This document shows, piece after piece, positions 51,465 through 62,400 of a stretch of 64,000 nucleotides of DNA. Below the pieces are notes generated by a model. It ran no database searches. It saw nothing but the letters and a program-made list of their open reading frames with translations, and was not told the DNA's origin. The stretch covers positions 17,011 to 81,010 of the forward strand of contig JBCCYL010000021.1 in NCBI GenBank assembly GCA_039189765.1, in the 5' to 3' direction. The DNA is from Cyanobacteria bacterium P01_F01_bin.150 (GTDB lineage Bacteria > Cyanobacteriota > Cyanobacteriia > CAKZMO01). A program made the position numbers and the translations under genes. Every line of letters starts with the position of its first letter. The stretch's first letter is position 1.

Positions 51465-53939
51465 CTAATTACCATAATTAGGGCCATAATAACCGTCAAA
51501 GCTAACAGAAGGGGCCGGAGATGGTGCTGGGGATGGACTCGGAGACGATGCTGGGGATGACGAAGAGGTCTGTCGAGTGCGAGACGGCGATGGGGCTGGT
51601 CTTCGAGCCGCCCGAATGCGCGCACGCTGGTTCTGCCACTGAGCCATTGCTGACCTTGCTTCTTGATAAATCGCTGGACTTGCTGTTGAGATTCCACTGG
51701 CTACGTTTATTGCTTCTGTCAAACGAGTTTGGCCTGCCAGAGATCGAGCGCGAGCTAATAATCGCTGATTTTGAGCAATAGCAATCGTGGTACGCCACTC
51801 ACCAACTTTTGCTTGGGCTGAGCTGTAAAGGGCCCGATCGGGTTCAATCTTAGACGCTTCGGTAATTGCTTGGCTTAAATTACCCGCTTCGGCTAAAGCC
51901 AACGCACTGTCTAAAATGGGCTGATCTTCAATTGTCTGGATTTGCCCCGTCCATTGGGCGATCGCTCGGTCTGCATCCTGACGCAATGCGCGATCGTCGG
52001 GAATTCCTTGAGCCTGACCAATCGCCTGTTCTAGCGCTTCAATTGTACCTGTTTCAGCAATTCGTTTCGCTAAGACGAGCTGGGGGCGGTCTTCAACTCG
52101 CTCAATTTCTTGTCTCCAGTGAGCCAACAGGGTTTGTGCCTGCAATCGCCGTGGCTGGCCTTTTTCTACCATACTGGCCTGGTCAATGGCTACATCAAAC
52201 AGCCAACGATGCCCTGTAGATGCAATGGTCTGGGCGAGTTGTAGCTGGGCGACATCTTCTAATTGACGTCGCCATTGCACCATTTGAATTTGGGCCTGAT
52301 CATAAAAAGGACTATCTGCTGGAATCTCCTGGGCTACAGCTAATGCCGCCATAAAACCCGTGATTGGGGTGACCCCAGAGTCCCAATCTTCTGGATCTTC
52401 GGCCGCCTGACGTTGAGCATAACCAAAACGAACTAAATCTGCTGCCCCAGGCACTAAATCAGGGTGGGCCGGTAACGATTGAATTAAGGCCAGTGCTCCT
52501 TCTGTATCACCCGAACGGAAACGCTCTAGGCTTGTTTTAGCCAGGTCTTTGCTCCATTCCACAACATCAGACTGGGCCGTATTCCAGATAAAAGTATCGG
52601 GTTCTAATTGGTCAAGTTTCGCGAGGGCTAATGCTAGTTCGTCAATATTGTCCGTGTCGGCAATTGCTTTAACGTCTTCATAAATTTGCTTCCCCTGCCG
52701 CTCTGCAAGAATCCGAAGGCTGAGTTCATTTGCTCGTTCCTGTCGCCAGTAGTTGTGCTCAATCTTCCCCAATTCCACAACTTGTTGAGCCGCTACGTCC
52801 CATTGATCTGCCTGTACCGCATCTAGTGCAATATTAACAATAGCTTCGCCTTGGGACCACAAATTGTTCCATTCTTGCAAGGTGGCCTGAGCCTGATCAA
52901 ACAGAGGACTTGTCGAGGGAACTGCTTCAACCAGAGCCACTGCTTCATCAAATCCTTTTGTATATAGAGTAGACTCAGCAAGAATCAAAATATCTTTAGT
53001 CCATCGCTCCATCATGCTCTGGGCTTTCCAAAAGGAAGGATGCTCTGATGTCCACGGACGTACTAAATCAAACCCCGCCAGTAATGACTCAACCGAACCA
53101 GATTTGGCCTCAAGATGGGTACAATGCAATCTCTCAACATCAGCTGCCATGGCCGATAAATTTTGACAGTCTGGTGCAGGAGGCAAACTTGTCATCCATC
53201 GAAATGCAAATAACCCAACTCCACTAAAGCAGGCAGTAATTACCAGCCAAGTGATTGACCAAGCTGAGCCAAAACGCTGACTTAACTTTTTCTTCTTTCG
53301 ATTACGGCGTTTACGCCGCTCCGTAGTTTGCTCTGTCTCTTCACTCATCGCCGACTCTTGACGGTTTTCGGCAATATCAGCCGTTCTTCCAGAACTCATT
53401 TCTATAGACGTCATTTCTGGAGATGCTATGCCAGAGTGGAATAGCGTCCTTTCAGGCAAGTCGGAATCAGATCTAGATAATGGCTCTTCTAAATCGGCAC
53501 TATCAAAAATAGTGCTAGTCAAATCCTGCTTTAGGGTTTCTTGTAGCTCTAAAATTGCTTCACGGCGTCGATCCTCTCCAATATTTGCCGTACTATCAGG
53601 CCTCAGTATGCCAGTTTGTGATTCACTCGGTTCTGTTCTGGCAGTATTTTTCGCTACCTCAGCCATTGATAATGAACCAGTGCCCTGATCCATAGACGAT
53701 GTAGCTGCCTGTTTAGAGGACGGCTCAGCCAAAAGTTTAGGAAGATTGGGAAGAATGGGCGATCGCTTACCCAAGCGAGACCCTTGATGTGATGGTGTAG
53801 ATGAGCTTGCAGGATTCTGCCCCAGCATACAACCAGATTCAGTGTCCGACTGATGGGACAACTGCTGACTTGCTGATAGATGTCCCTGGGAGGGAGAAGA
53901 AGGGTGAGAGTAATCGGAATGGGAGGATTGCCTTGCCAT
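51465..53939 (-). CDS. Conserved membrane-anchored alpha-helical repeat protein
   Basis: Disordered N-terminus, one TM helix, PPAPDC...LHC, and repeated A..IP...P.Y..AQ..W units. Confidence 0.8.
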   Translation of the reverse strand: MARQSSHSDYSHPSSPSQGHLSASQQLSHQSDTESGCMLGQNPASSSTPSHQGSRLGKRSPILPNLPKLLAEPSSKQAATSSMDQGTGSLSMAEVAKNTARTEPSESQTGILRPDSTANIGEDRRREAILELQETLKQDLTSTIFDSADLEEPLSRSDSDLPERTLFHSGIASPEMTSIEMSSGRTADIAENRQESAMSEETEQTTERRKRRNRKKKKLSQRFGSAWSITWLVITACFSGVGLFAFRWMTSLPPAPDCQNLSAMAADVERLHCTHLEAKSGSVESLLAGFDLVRPWTSEHPSFWKAQSMMERWTKDILILAESTLYTKGFDEAVALVEAVPSTSPLFDQAQATLQEWNNLWSQGEAIVNIALDAVQADQWDVAAQQVVELGKIEHNYWRQERANELSLRILAERQGKQIYEDVKAIADTDNIDELALALAKLDQLEPDTFIWNTAQSDVVEWSKDLAKTSLERFRSGDTEGALALIQSLPAHPDLVPGAADLVRFGYAQRQAAEDPEDWDSGVTPITGFMAALAVAQEIPADSPFYDQAQIQMVQWRRQLEDVAQLQLAQTIASTGHRWLFDVAIDQASMVEKGQPRRLQAQTLLAHWRQEIERVEDRPQLVLAKRIAETGTIEALEQAIGQAQGIPDDRALRQDADRAIAQWTGQIQTIEDQPILDSALALAEAGNLSQAITEASKIEPDRALYSSAQAKVGEWRTTIAIAQNQRLLARARSLAGQTRLTEAINVASGISTASPAIYQEARSAMAQWQNQRARIRAARRPAPSPSRTRQTSSSSPASSPSPSPAPSPAPSVSFDGYYGPNYGN

Positions 53940-54195
53940 GCTACTGCAATTACATAAAATGCGTGACGATCGAAAAACCTAAACCATTGACTCAAGGAAA
54001 CGTGGCCTATTGAAATATTTTATGTCCTACTGACTATACGCCATAGACCTAAGAGAATAGACACTTGTGGCAGGATATTACCGAATATAATGACAGGGAG
54101 TTCCAATCACAGCCTATTTTTATAATATTCTTTACTCGTTTAAGCTTTACGACGTGGCAGATTCCTCATTTATCGCTACGGTCACATAGGTTAAG

Positions 54196-54234
54196 ACAGT
54201 TTGGTGGGGACGCCCCGCGCCTTCACCAAACTGT
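54196..54234. repeat. Intergenic palindrome sharing the GGRCGC-N3-GCGCCY core
   Basis: ACAGTTTGGTGGGGACGC-CCC-GCGCCTTCACCAAACTGT. Confidence 0.65.
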
Positions 54235-54376
54235 TTCTGTCCTCATGAACGTGTCTAAGGCTATACAACGAAAACAAGGAGATTGCGAGACACTTGTATG
54301 TACCTAGCACTTTTGAAAAAGCCATTGGATTCGATCGTTCCCCTCTAATTATGGGCTTTATGAAGTCTTGTAGGCT

Positions 54377-56659
54377 CTAGGAAGGACCTTTTAGGCGAGT
54401 ATTATATAAAAAGTCAGAAAGTAAGTCTTGTTTCTTTTGGGTTAAATATGCCCGACAGGCTACAGTGGTACCTCCAGTCAGTAAAGCGGCGATCGCAGGA
54501 GTTAACGTCGGTACCCATACGCCTTGACCGAATAGTACAAAACTTACACCAGAGATAGTCAGCACCAGCATAATGCCACCGCTCCCCAGCAGTATGGGAT
54601 GACGACAATAATAAGCAAGACCGCTACCCGCAAAGGCCCAACCCACAACCCACAACATTTCGCCCCATTCAGGCCAATACCAACGCAATGTCCGCTCTCC
54701 GAGGGCAACGTCTAGTAATTGACTGACCATTTGCGCATAAATAATTACCCCCGGCATCTTTTCATCGGACGCCTCACCTTGTTGATTGGCACTGTAAGGT
54801 GTTAAAAAGCGATCGCGGCTACTGCTGGCGGTAGTACCAATTAACACAATATTGCCAGTTACCCAATCTGGATTAAACGTCCCCTTCAGTACATCTGTAA
54901 ACCGTACTGTACGTACTGCTCGCTGGGAAGCACGATAATCAAGCATGATTTGATAACCCCCATCATCCAAACGATGGTACTGACCGGCATTACTGGATAG
55001 CCGGGCAAGGGAGGCCAACCCTAACATCATTTGACCAGGCATTTGAGGGTCTTCTTCAGGGACGATATTATCTTTTTCTGCTAAATAGCGTGTTGCCAGT
55101 TGAAAACTAAACGAATCTACTCGACGGCCATCAGGATAAAGGCCAATTAAGGCATTCCGTCGCAACACTCCATCAACATCAGTTGTTAAGTCTCCAAAGC
55201 CAATCTGATTGTCTGGTACTCCCGGAGGAGGAGGAATATGATCATCCCCCTGCCCTAAAAAGGTAATAGCGATCGCCCCTGAGGATTCGATTTCATCAAT
55301 TAAAGCTTGATGTTCCTCCACAGGCCCCTGAGGCAAATCTCGATACAAACCAATCCCGACCACATTCGGATTGTGTGCCTCCAATGACTGTAGGACTTGA
55401 GTAACGTTGGCGTCCGAAGGAGTCGCTTGCTGAAGTTCACGCAGATCGGCTTCTGTAATTTCAACCACCAACAACCGAGAATCAGTCCCAAAGTTTGACC
55501 GTAGCTGCACTAGGCGATCATAGGTCGCTAGTTCTAGCGGTTGCAACCAGCCCAACTGTCGGACTCCCAGAATAAGTCCACCCATCACCAAAGTAGCTGC
55601 TCCCATGATTCCTAAAGGCTGAAGCTTAGCCCATCGACTTTTTGGGGAGGCACTAGGCGGTTTAATTTTATGGGCAAATAAACCAGAGGGCGGCACATCT
55701 TTACTTCTCGGACGACTTATCCCGGACTCTTCACTTAGATTCATCTCGGAGTCTGGAATTTTAGTGTACTCTTCTGGTAAAGTCGCCAACTTCTTCAGGT
55801 CGGATAAAACTTCACTCGCGTTACGATAGCGGTGCTTGATATTAAACCGCACCATGGTCTCTAGAATTAAGGAGAATCCCAAGCTAGTGAGGGCGTGGGG
55901 TTGCCATTGCAGCTCTCCCGTATCCGGATCTTCGCCCCATTCGTAAGGCTGCATCCCAGTTAATGCCTGAATGGTGGTTACTCCTAATGCGTAAATATCG
56001 CTTGAGTGGCGAGGACGACCACTCAACTGCTCATGAGGTGTATAGCCTTCTGTCCCGATTCCAACCGTCAAAGAACTTTGGGGTTGATTCCCCGCCCCAT
56101 TGCCAGACGATACCGCCATGCCCGTTAAATTGGTCATGCGGGTTTGATTGGCTAGATGATATTGCTTTTCCTTAACCGCACCAAAATCGATTAAGACATA
56201 TCTGCCATCACTATGGCGCTGAATAATATTCTCCGGCTTCACGTCTCGATGAATGACACCGTTGCGATGGACAAAATCTAGGACTGACAGGACATCATTT
56301 AGAAATTCAATCGACTCAGGTTCCGTAAATTGAACCCCATCTGCAAAAGTATCGCTTAAAGCCGTACCATCAATAAATTCTTGGACTAGATAAAACTCTT
56401 TATTTTCTTCAAAAGAGTCAATAAACGTAGGAATTAACTCATGCTGACCCAAACGCTCCAAAATCTTTGCTTCTGTATCAAACAATCTGCGAGCAACCTC
56501 TAGAAACGCTTTGTCCGTACTAGCAGGCTTGAATTGCTTGACAACACAAGGTAAAGAATCTGGAAAATGCAAATCATTGGCCAAATAGGTTTGGCCAAAC
56601 CCACCTGCCCCAAGAATTTTGATAATTCGATAGCGCTGATTCAGTAACGTTCCTTGCAT
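54377..56659 (-). CDS. Ser/Thr protein kinase with CHASE2 sensor domain and TM helices
   Basis: GAGGFG, VVKQF, HRDVKPEN, LIDFG, SDIYALG; then TM, LVVEITEAD, DVDGVLRR, IVLIGTTA, MPGV and three TM helices. Confidence 0.93.
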   Translation of the reverse strand: MQGTLLNQRYRIIKILGAGGFGQTYLANDLHFPDSLPCVVKQFKPASTDKAFLEVARRLFDTEAKILERLGQHELIPTFIDSFEENKEFYLVQEFIDGTALSDTFADGVQFTEPESIEFLNDVLSVLDFVHRNGVIHRDVKPENIIQRHSDGRYVLIDFGAVKEKQYHLANQTRMTNLTGMAVSSGNGAGNQPQSSLTVGIGTEGYTPHEQLSGRPRHSSDIYALGVTTIQALTGMQPYEWGEDPDTGELQWQPHALTSLGFSLILETMVRFNIKHRYRNASEVLSDLKKLATLPEEYTKIPDSEMNLSEESGISRPRSKDVPPSGLFAHKIKPPSASPKSRWAKLQPLGIMGAATLVMGGLILGVRQLGWLQPLELATYDRLVQLRSNFGTDSRLLVVEITEADLRELQQATPSDANVTQVLQSLEAHNPNVVGIGLYRDLPQGPVEEHQALIDEIESSGAIAITFLGQGDDHIPPPPGVPDNQIGFGDLTTDVDGVLRRNALIGLYPDGRRVDSFSFQLATRYLAEKDNIVPEEDPQMPGQMMLGLASLARLSSNAGQYHRLDDGGYQIMLDYRASQRAVRTVRFTDVLKGTFNPDWVTGNIVLIGTTASSSRDRFLTPYSANQQGEASDEKMPGVIIYAQMVSQLLDVALGERTLRWYWPEWGEMLWVVGWAFAGSGLAYYCRHPILLGSGGIMLVLTISGVSFVLFGQGVWVPTLTPAIAALLTGGTTVACRAYLTQKKQDLLSDFLYNTRLKGPS

Positions 56660-56844
56660 GAACTACTCGTCAGCAACGATGTACACATGTGCTTTATCTA
56701 CAGCGATTATAAAGGCAAGCCTTCAATCTAACCATGATGCTGTGAAAATCGGCATGAATTGTCATGGGTAGAAACAGAATTATTGGTGCTTCCCAAATGT
56801 TCCTAAACGGCAGGATACCCAAAACGTACAAGTCTCACAGCCAA

Positions 56845-57189
56845 TTAGCTGGCTTGGAAGCTTAAAAGCTGACTGCGCCACAAATTTGCTCGGCAAATAT
56901 AACGACAGTATTCGCTAATCAAATGCTGTTGATAGGAATTGGGAGTCTGGCGAACCGCATCATATTGAGCGATCGCTTTGGCAATCACATCCGCGACATC
57001 AATAGGAACTCCAACTTCCACCAATTGGCGCCAATAAACAGGGCGAGTTCGTCGCACCCGTCGACGCAGCAGCATTTGCTTAATTTCTTGACGACTGCGT
57101 CCCTCGATTCTAGCAATGGTAGAAATTCTAGTGACGGTGTTTTCTTGAATAGTCGTTACACAGTTCATGACGATTACTCCCAAATCCAT
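56845..57189 (-). CDS. Hypothetical protein
   Basis: 114-aa ORF filling the intergenic space; no recognised family. Confidence 0.6.
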   Translation of the reverse strand: MDLGVIVMNCVTTIQENTVTRISTIARIEGRSRQEIKQMLLRRRVRRTRPVYWRQLVEVGVPIDVADVIAKAIAQYDAVRQTPNSYQQHLISEYCRYICRANLWRSQLLSFQAS

Positions 57190-57373
57190 GTTCTTAGTAT
57201 GGAGGGGATGGCTTAAAATCTCCGTGATTCATTCAAGATGATCTACGTGATCTTTAGGAGATGCAATCGTGACAGCGAAAATTGGATAGCGTGACCGTAA
57301 AACTATGTAGAGAGTGACCCTTATCACGGACCCTTTAACGTTTTTCTATGTCCCATTGGTTCTCAAAATTAAC

Positions 57374-57420
57374 GGTAGTGGGGGTGAGAAGCGCCCCCAC
57401 TACCCGCCCAATGTTGCTAC
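57374..57420 (+). repeat. Dispersed palindromic element family A, copy 5
   Basis: GGTAGTGGGGGTGA-GAA-GCGCCCCCACTACC followed by CGCCCAATGTTGCTAC. Confidence 0.8.
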
Positions 57421-57491
57421 CCGTTCTCAAAAGTTGTTAGTCTAAATTCCGGGCAAATGGTAGAACATACGAGGGTAAATCTTTCCCATAG

Positions 57492-59087
57492 GTGAGAACA
57501 ATGGCACGAATGCCGACCCTACGATTCGATAGGGGAACCTTAATCTTGCATCCACCCCCCAGGGGTAAAATCTGGGTTGATTACGCAACCTGGGATGATC
57601 GTATCGAGAAATTCCGCATTCCAGCCATTCAATACCGCGATCTTGTCCTAGCCTTAAAGGCTCACGATACAACCTTTTCAGATAAGGCAAAAAGTTTTGG
57701 GCCGCTTGAACTTAAATCGACTTTAAATCGTCGGCCCTATCCTCACCAACAAGAAGCCCTAGATGCGTGGATTCATGCCAAACGACAGGGAGTGGTGGTG
57801 TTGCCAACTGCGTCTGGTAAAACTTACTTGGCCCAAATGGCAATGGAATCCACACCTCGCAATACATTAATTACTGTGCCAACCCTTGATTTAATGCATC
57901 AATGGTACGCCGAGTTGGAAGCAGCCTTTCCCGGGGTTGAAATTGGCTTACTGGGGGGTGGTTCACGAGATAAAACACCCATTTTAGTGGCGACTTACGA
58001 CAGTGCAGCGATCAATGCTGAGCAAATTGGCGATCGCTACGGTCTTTTGATTTGCGATGAGTGTCATCACTTGCCTAGCGACTTCAATCGGGTCATTGCT
58101 GAGTATGCTATTGCGCCCTATCGTCTGGGCTTAACAGCAACTCCCGATCGGTCCGATGGTCGCCATACCGATCTAAATCAGCTCCTGGGGCCAGTGGTTT
58201 ATCACCGAACCCCGGAGGACCTAGCTGGCCATGCCTTAGCCAGTCACAAAGTCGTGCAAATTAAAGTTGAACTGTCCCAGCAGGAAAGAGAACGCTACGA
58301 ACGCCTGACTCAGACTCGCAATGCTTTTTTGCAGGAAAGTAATATTTGGCTTGGCAGTTTGAAGGGGTGGCAAAATTTTGTCCGGGCCAGCGCAACGTCC
58401 CAGGCCGGTCGTCGCGCCATGTTAGCCCATCGTGAGGCTAAAGCGATCGCCCTTGGCACAGACGGCAAGCTCAAGATTCTGGCTGAGCTGCTTCAGCAGC
58501 ACTATCCCCAACAAACGCTTATCTTCACCAATGACAATGCTACGGTTTATCGAATTTCCCAGGACTTTTTAATTCCAGCCATTACCCATCAAACCCCTGT
58601 GAAAGAACGGCATGCCATTCTTCAGTCGTTCAGAGATGGCACCTATCGTACCCTGGTGGCGTCCCATGTTTTGAACGAGGGGGTAGATGTCCCATCCGCT
58701 AGCATTGCTATTCTGCTGTCGGGAACTGGCTCAACCCGTGAGTATATTCAGCGCCTTGGCCGCGTGTTGCGACGAGGAGATGGCCAGAAGCAGGCCATTT
58801 TATATGAAGTGGTAGCAGCAGAAACGGCGGAAGAAGCCGTTTCAAAGCGACGACGGCGGAAACCCAAACAGCCTTCATCGCTTCCACCAGTCGCAGCACC
58901 TTCTCGCCAACTACAGTTGGTGCCTCCTTCCTATAAAGAACCCGACCGTACATCGTTGCCCAAAGCAGCAGAACCTTCATCTCAATGGAATGTAGACGAA
59001 GAGTCATCCCCTATTCAGCCGACTCTTTCTCCGCAATCTCCTGAGCCTTCTGAACAGCCGCCTGGTTCCTCACCTCTGGAATTTTAG
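57492..59087 (+). CDS. XPB/Rad25-like superfamily 2 helicase
   Basis: PTASGKT, DECHH, GLTATP, LNEGVDVP, QRLGRVLR. Confidence 0.92.
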   Translation: MRTMARMPTLRFDRGTLILHPPPRGKIWVDYATWDDRIEKFRIPAIQYRDLVLALKAHDTTFSDKAKSFGPLELKSTLNRRPYPHQQEALDAWIHAKRQGVVVLPTASGKTYLAQMAMESTPRNTLITVPTLDLMHQWYAELEAAFPGVEIGLLGGGSRDKTPILVATYDSAAINAEQIGDRYGLLICDECHHLPSDFNRVIAEYAIAPYRLGLTATPDRSDGRHTDLNQLLGPVVYHRTPEDLAGHALASHKVVQIKVELSQQERERYERLTQTRNAFLQESNIWLGSLKGWQNFVRASATSQAGRRAMLAHREAKAIALGTDGKLKILAELLQQHYPQQTLIFTNDNATVYRISQDFLIPAITHQTPVKERHAILQSFRDGTYRTLVASHVLNEGVDVPSASIAILLSGTGSTREYIQRLGRVLRRGDGQKQAILYEVVAAETAEEAVSKRRRRKPKQPSSLPPVAAPSRQLQLVPPSYKEPDRTSLPKAAEPSSQWNVDEESSPIQPTLSPQSPEPSEQPPGSSPLEF

Positions 59088-59100
59088 ACTGGTCCTGAAA

Positions 59101-59144
59101 AAACGAGGTTTTGGGACGCGCGTTGCGTGCCCAAAACCTCGTTT
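59101..59144. repeat. Palindrome family B, copy 1 (may double as the helicase terminator)
   Basis: Perfect 15-bp inverted repeat AAACGAGGTTTTGGG/CCCAAAACCTCGTTT. Confidence 0.75.
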
Positions 59145-59450
59145 ACAAGTGAACGTTGTCAAATTGTGTAGGGAAAACGAGTGGACAACTTTGGGAATGG
59201 CTGCTTGGTAAACAACATTTATCCGCATAGACAAGAAATTGGTCTGAGTAGATATAAAGTGCCTAGTATATGGTGTCTATGGCAGAGCGCTCTTTTCTGA
59301 ACGTATTTGAATAGAGCGCTCTAGCATGCCGTTGTCGATATCGACACATCCCATATCTTGAGAACCGTAGGATCGTTAAAAATATAGGGGTGAATTTTTG
59401 ATCCGCTCATCAAATCTCTGGCCTGGGCCAGTTTCTAGTAGTTCATTAGT

Positions 59451-62400
59451 ATGACACTCCCTACAATGTACGCTAACCCCATTTATGAACAATCCCTACT
59501 GGAAGCAGCACAGGCAGGGAAAAGCGATGCGATTGCCCATCTCCTACAAAAAGCTCTACCCCATGAAGGCATCACAGTAACAGCGGAGAGACATCAGACT
59601 CAGCTCAATATTGCGCTTATCCGTGAAGATCAAGGTGATACTGATGCTAATCGGCAGTGCATTAAATCTTTTATTCAACAAAGCCTACGCCAGCTCCAAC
59701 CTCAGAACATTGCCACCGTTCAAATTACTTGGTCCTCCAGAGAACCTGAACAAACTGATGGCCAAGGCCGCAGGGATGCATCATTCTCCCTTCTTCCCGC
59801 CAGCCAAATTGAAGCTTTATCCGATGATGAAATGCAAGCCATTGCGGTGCAGCTAAAGCCGCCCCAAGGCCCGAGCGAATCATCTCGCCTTGAAATGGCG
59901 GTTGGTTTTCATTGTAGCCAATTTACCGAAAATGGTGTTTTGGTAATGCCCCAACCGCAGCCAGCCGAATCCCCCTGGCAAAAGCGACGTCAAGTAGATC
60001 CAACATATATTTGTTCTCCAATCACTCGGTTACTCAATCGCCAAACTGAGCTAAAAGCAGGGATTTCTACCCTGCAAGCGGGGGGGAGCATTTCATTGTT
60101 GGGCGAAGCAGGCTCTGGTAAAACGGCATTATTACGGGCTCTTTGCCATCACCCTCAGCTATTGCCCCGTTTCCCCGGCGGTATTATCTATCAGCGTGCC
60201 TATGGGCGCCCATTGGAAGATCTGATTCAGAATGTTTTTGATGCACTATATCAGCATCGAAGCAGCAGGCTATCTGATCGGCAATCCAATCAAGCGAACG
60301 AACAAGCGAACGAACAAGCGAAAGGGGTTTGGGATGCCAACGCCAGAAAACCAACGGCTATGGAGCAGTATCAGCATCTGAGTCAACATCAGTTGTGTCT
60401 GGTATTGGATGACATGGAGCCATCTGGTGAACTACTCCAAGAGCTGGCCCAATGGAAAAATTTAGCTGTCTTAACCGCCAGCGATTTTGAAATCAACGAT
60501 TCTGCTTCGCCCTCTTCTGTTCATCCATCGGTCAAAGATAATCTAGTTGCTCTAAACGCAGCTAAGCGTAAAACCTCCAAACATCAATCAGTAAAGCAAT
60601 GGGATGCAGGGACTTCGAATAGTCGCCATTTATCAATGAAAGGATTACCGATCAAGGATGCGGTGGTGTTATTTGAGGAAGGATTGGGGCGATCGCTCCA
60701 ACCCTCTGAAGAAAAAGATGCTGCAACACTATGTGGTCAATTAGAAGGACATCCCCGTAGACTTATTCAAATGGCTGCCCTTCTTCGTCAGCGTCAGTTT
60801 AGCCTCTTTGAGCTGGTGCAGCAACTTCGGCAGAATACAGAGCCTGAAGCCATTATTCTAAAAGCAGTCAGCGGATTACCTGAATCAGATCGTCGATTGG
60901 TTGCTATCCTTGCGGCTTTTGGTGGCAACCCTGTGCATGGTAAGCATTTACCCGCATTGGTAGATCTAGATAACGTCACCGTTCAGCTCTTCTCGTTAGT
61001 CGAAAGGGGATTGGTGTGGACGGATGGAACCTTTTATCGATTAGCCGATAACCTGCTGGCTCCTCTAAATAAGCATTGGCGATTGGCCCCGTGGCTTGAT
61101 CAATCCGTGACCTATTTCAAATCGTGGCTAGAGCAGCTCAATGACCCAGGTAAAAATGGCCCAGGCAACACTGTGTCTCAAAAAGGCTATGGCCATATTT
61201 CTTTGACCTCTATCAAGTCCATTCTTGAGAATAGCGATATTCTTTGGTTCTTGCTTTGCCATGCAGTGGATTCCCAAAGATGGTCTGATGTTCTTGACTT
61301 TGGACGACTTCTGGAACCTGGATTATGGTTTGGCAAACAATGGGGCCGTTGGCGTCAGGCTCTGCTATCCCAGTGGCAAGCTGCTCAGTCGCTCCAAGAT
61401 CAAGCTGCGATCGCCCTGATTTTACATCAGCTAGGAAGTCGAGCTATATGCCTAGAAGATGGCATCACTGCCCATGCCTGCCTAGCCCAAGCATTTGAGT
61501 CTAGGATGGCACTGGGAGACCTGGATGGTGCAGCAATTTCACAGCACAACCTCAATGTCTTAGCCCGATCTTGCTTTGCATTAGAAAATGTCGTCACGTC
61601 TCAGACAGACCATGATAATCGTCTGGTGCCCCCTAAGTTAGGCTCAGAAAAGCCAAAATTAACAGGGCAAGTTAATGCTTCACCTGCACCTGTACTCGTT
61701 AATCAAGCATCGGGGCAGCAATCATTTATACCGTCTTTATCTTTAAATCCATCTCCAGATTTATCCCTAAACCAGTCCCAGGCTCAGTCTTCCAAATTAG
61801 AAGATACTGCTACGGCGACAGGCAAAACATCTGCATCATCGCCCGGCACTTCTGACTCTACAACGGCTAAAGCTTCTAGCGATTCAAGTAACCCTCCCGA
61901 AGAAGTGATTCTCTTGTCATCACCATCTCGGTTTTCCTGGCTATGGTTATTGGTGGGAGGAGGAAGTTTGGCCATCATCAGCTTAATTGCTTTTTTACTG
62001 GGGCAAAAACCCCAAACCGATATTAGCCGCTTACGGCCTAAGCATACCTTTCCACCCCAGCGAATTGGGGTTATTAGTGAGCCTCATAAATTTATAATCA
62101 CGAATACAACCCCTGCACCTATCGCGATTGATGTGGATTTCGAAACTGGCGATCGCCAAGATTTTACAATCAACAGCAATGACTGCGTAAGCCAGTCGTT
62201 AGAACCCGATGAGGTTTGTACGATTTCTGCAACGTTTGAACCTCAAGAAAACGGCCCCCGTTCTGCATCTTTTATGGTGCAAGTGGGAAAGAATACCGAT
62301 CCCAAGCGATTAATATTGCAAGGTGTTGGGGCTAATGTCAAGGCGGATGTTCAGCCCCTGGATATCACCTTTAAACCTCAACGGCTTACCGAACGGAGTA

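Noticed and set aside
57461..57476. TAGAACATACGAGG as a LexA box before the helicase
   Set aside because: The second half-site is absent.
60291..60322. 12-bp in-frame repeat (QANE), and the 15-bp WDVQP duplication at 3503-3532
   Set aside because: Ordinary codon-multiple microduplications in linker regions.
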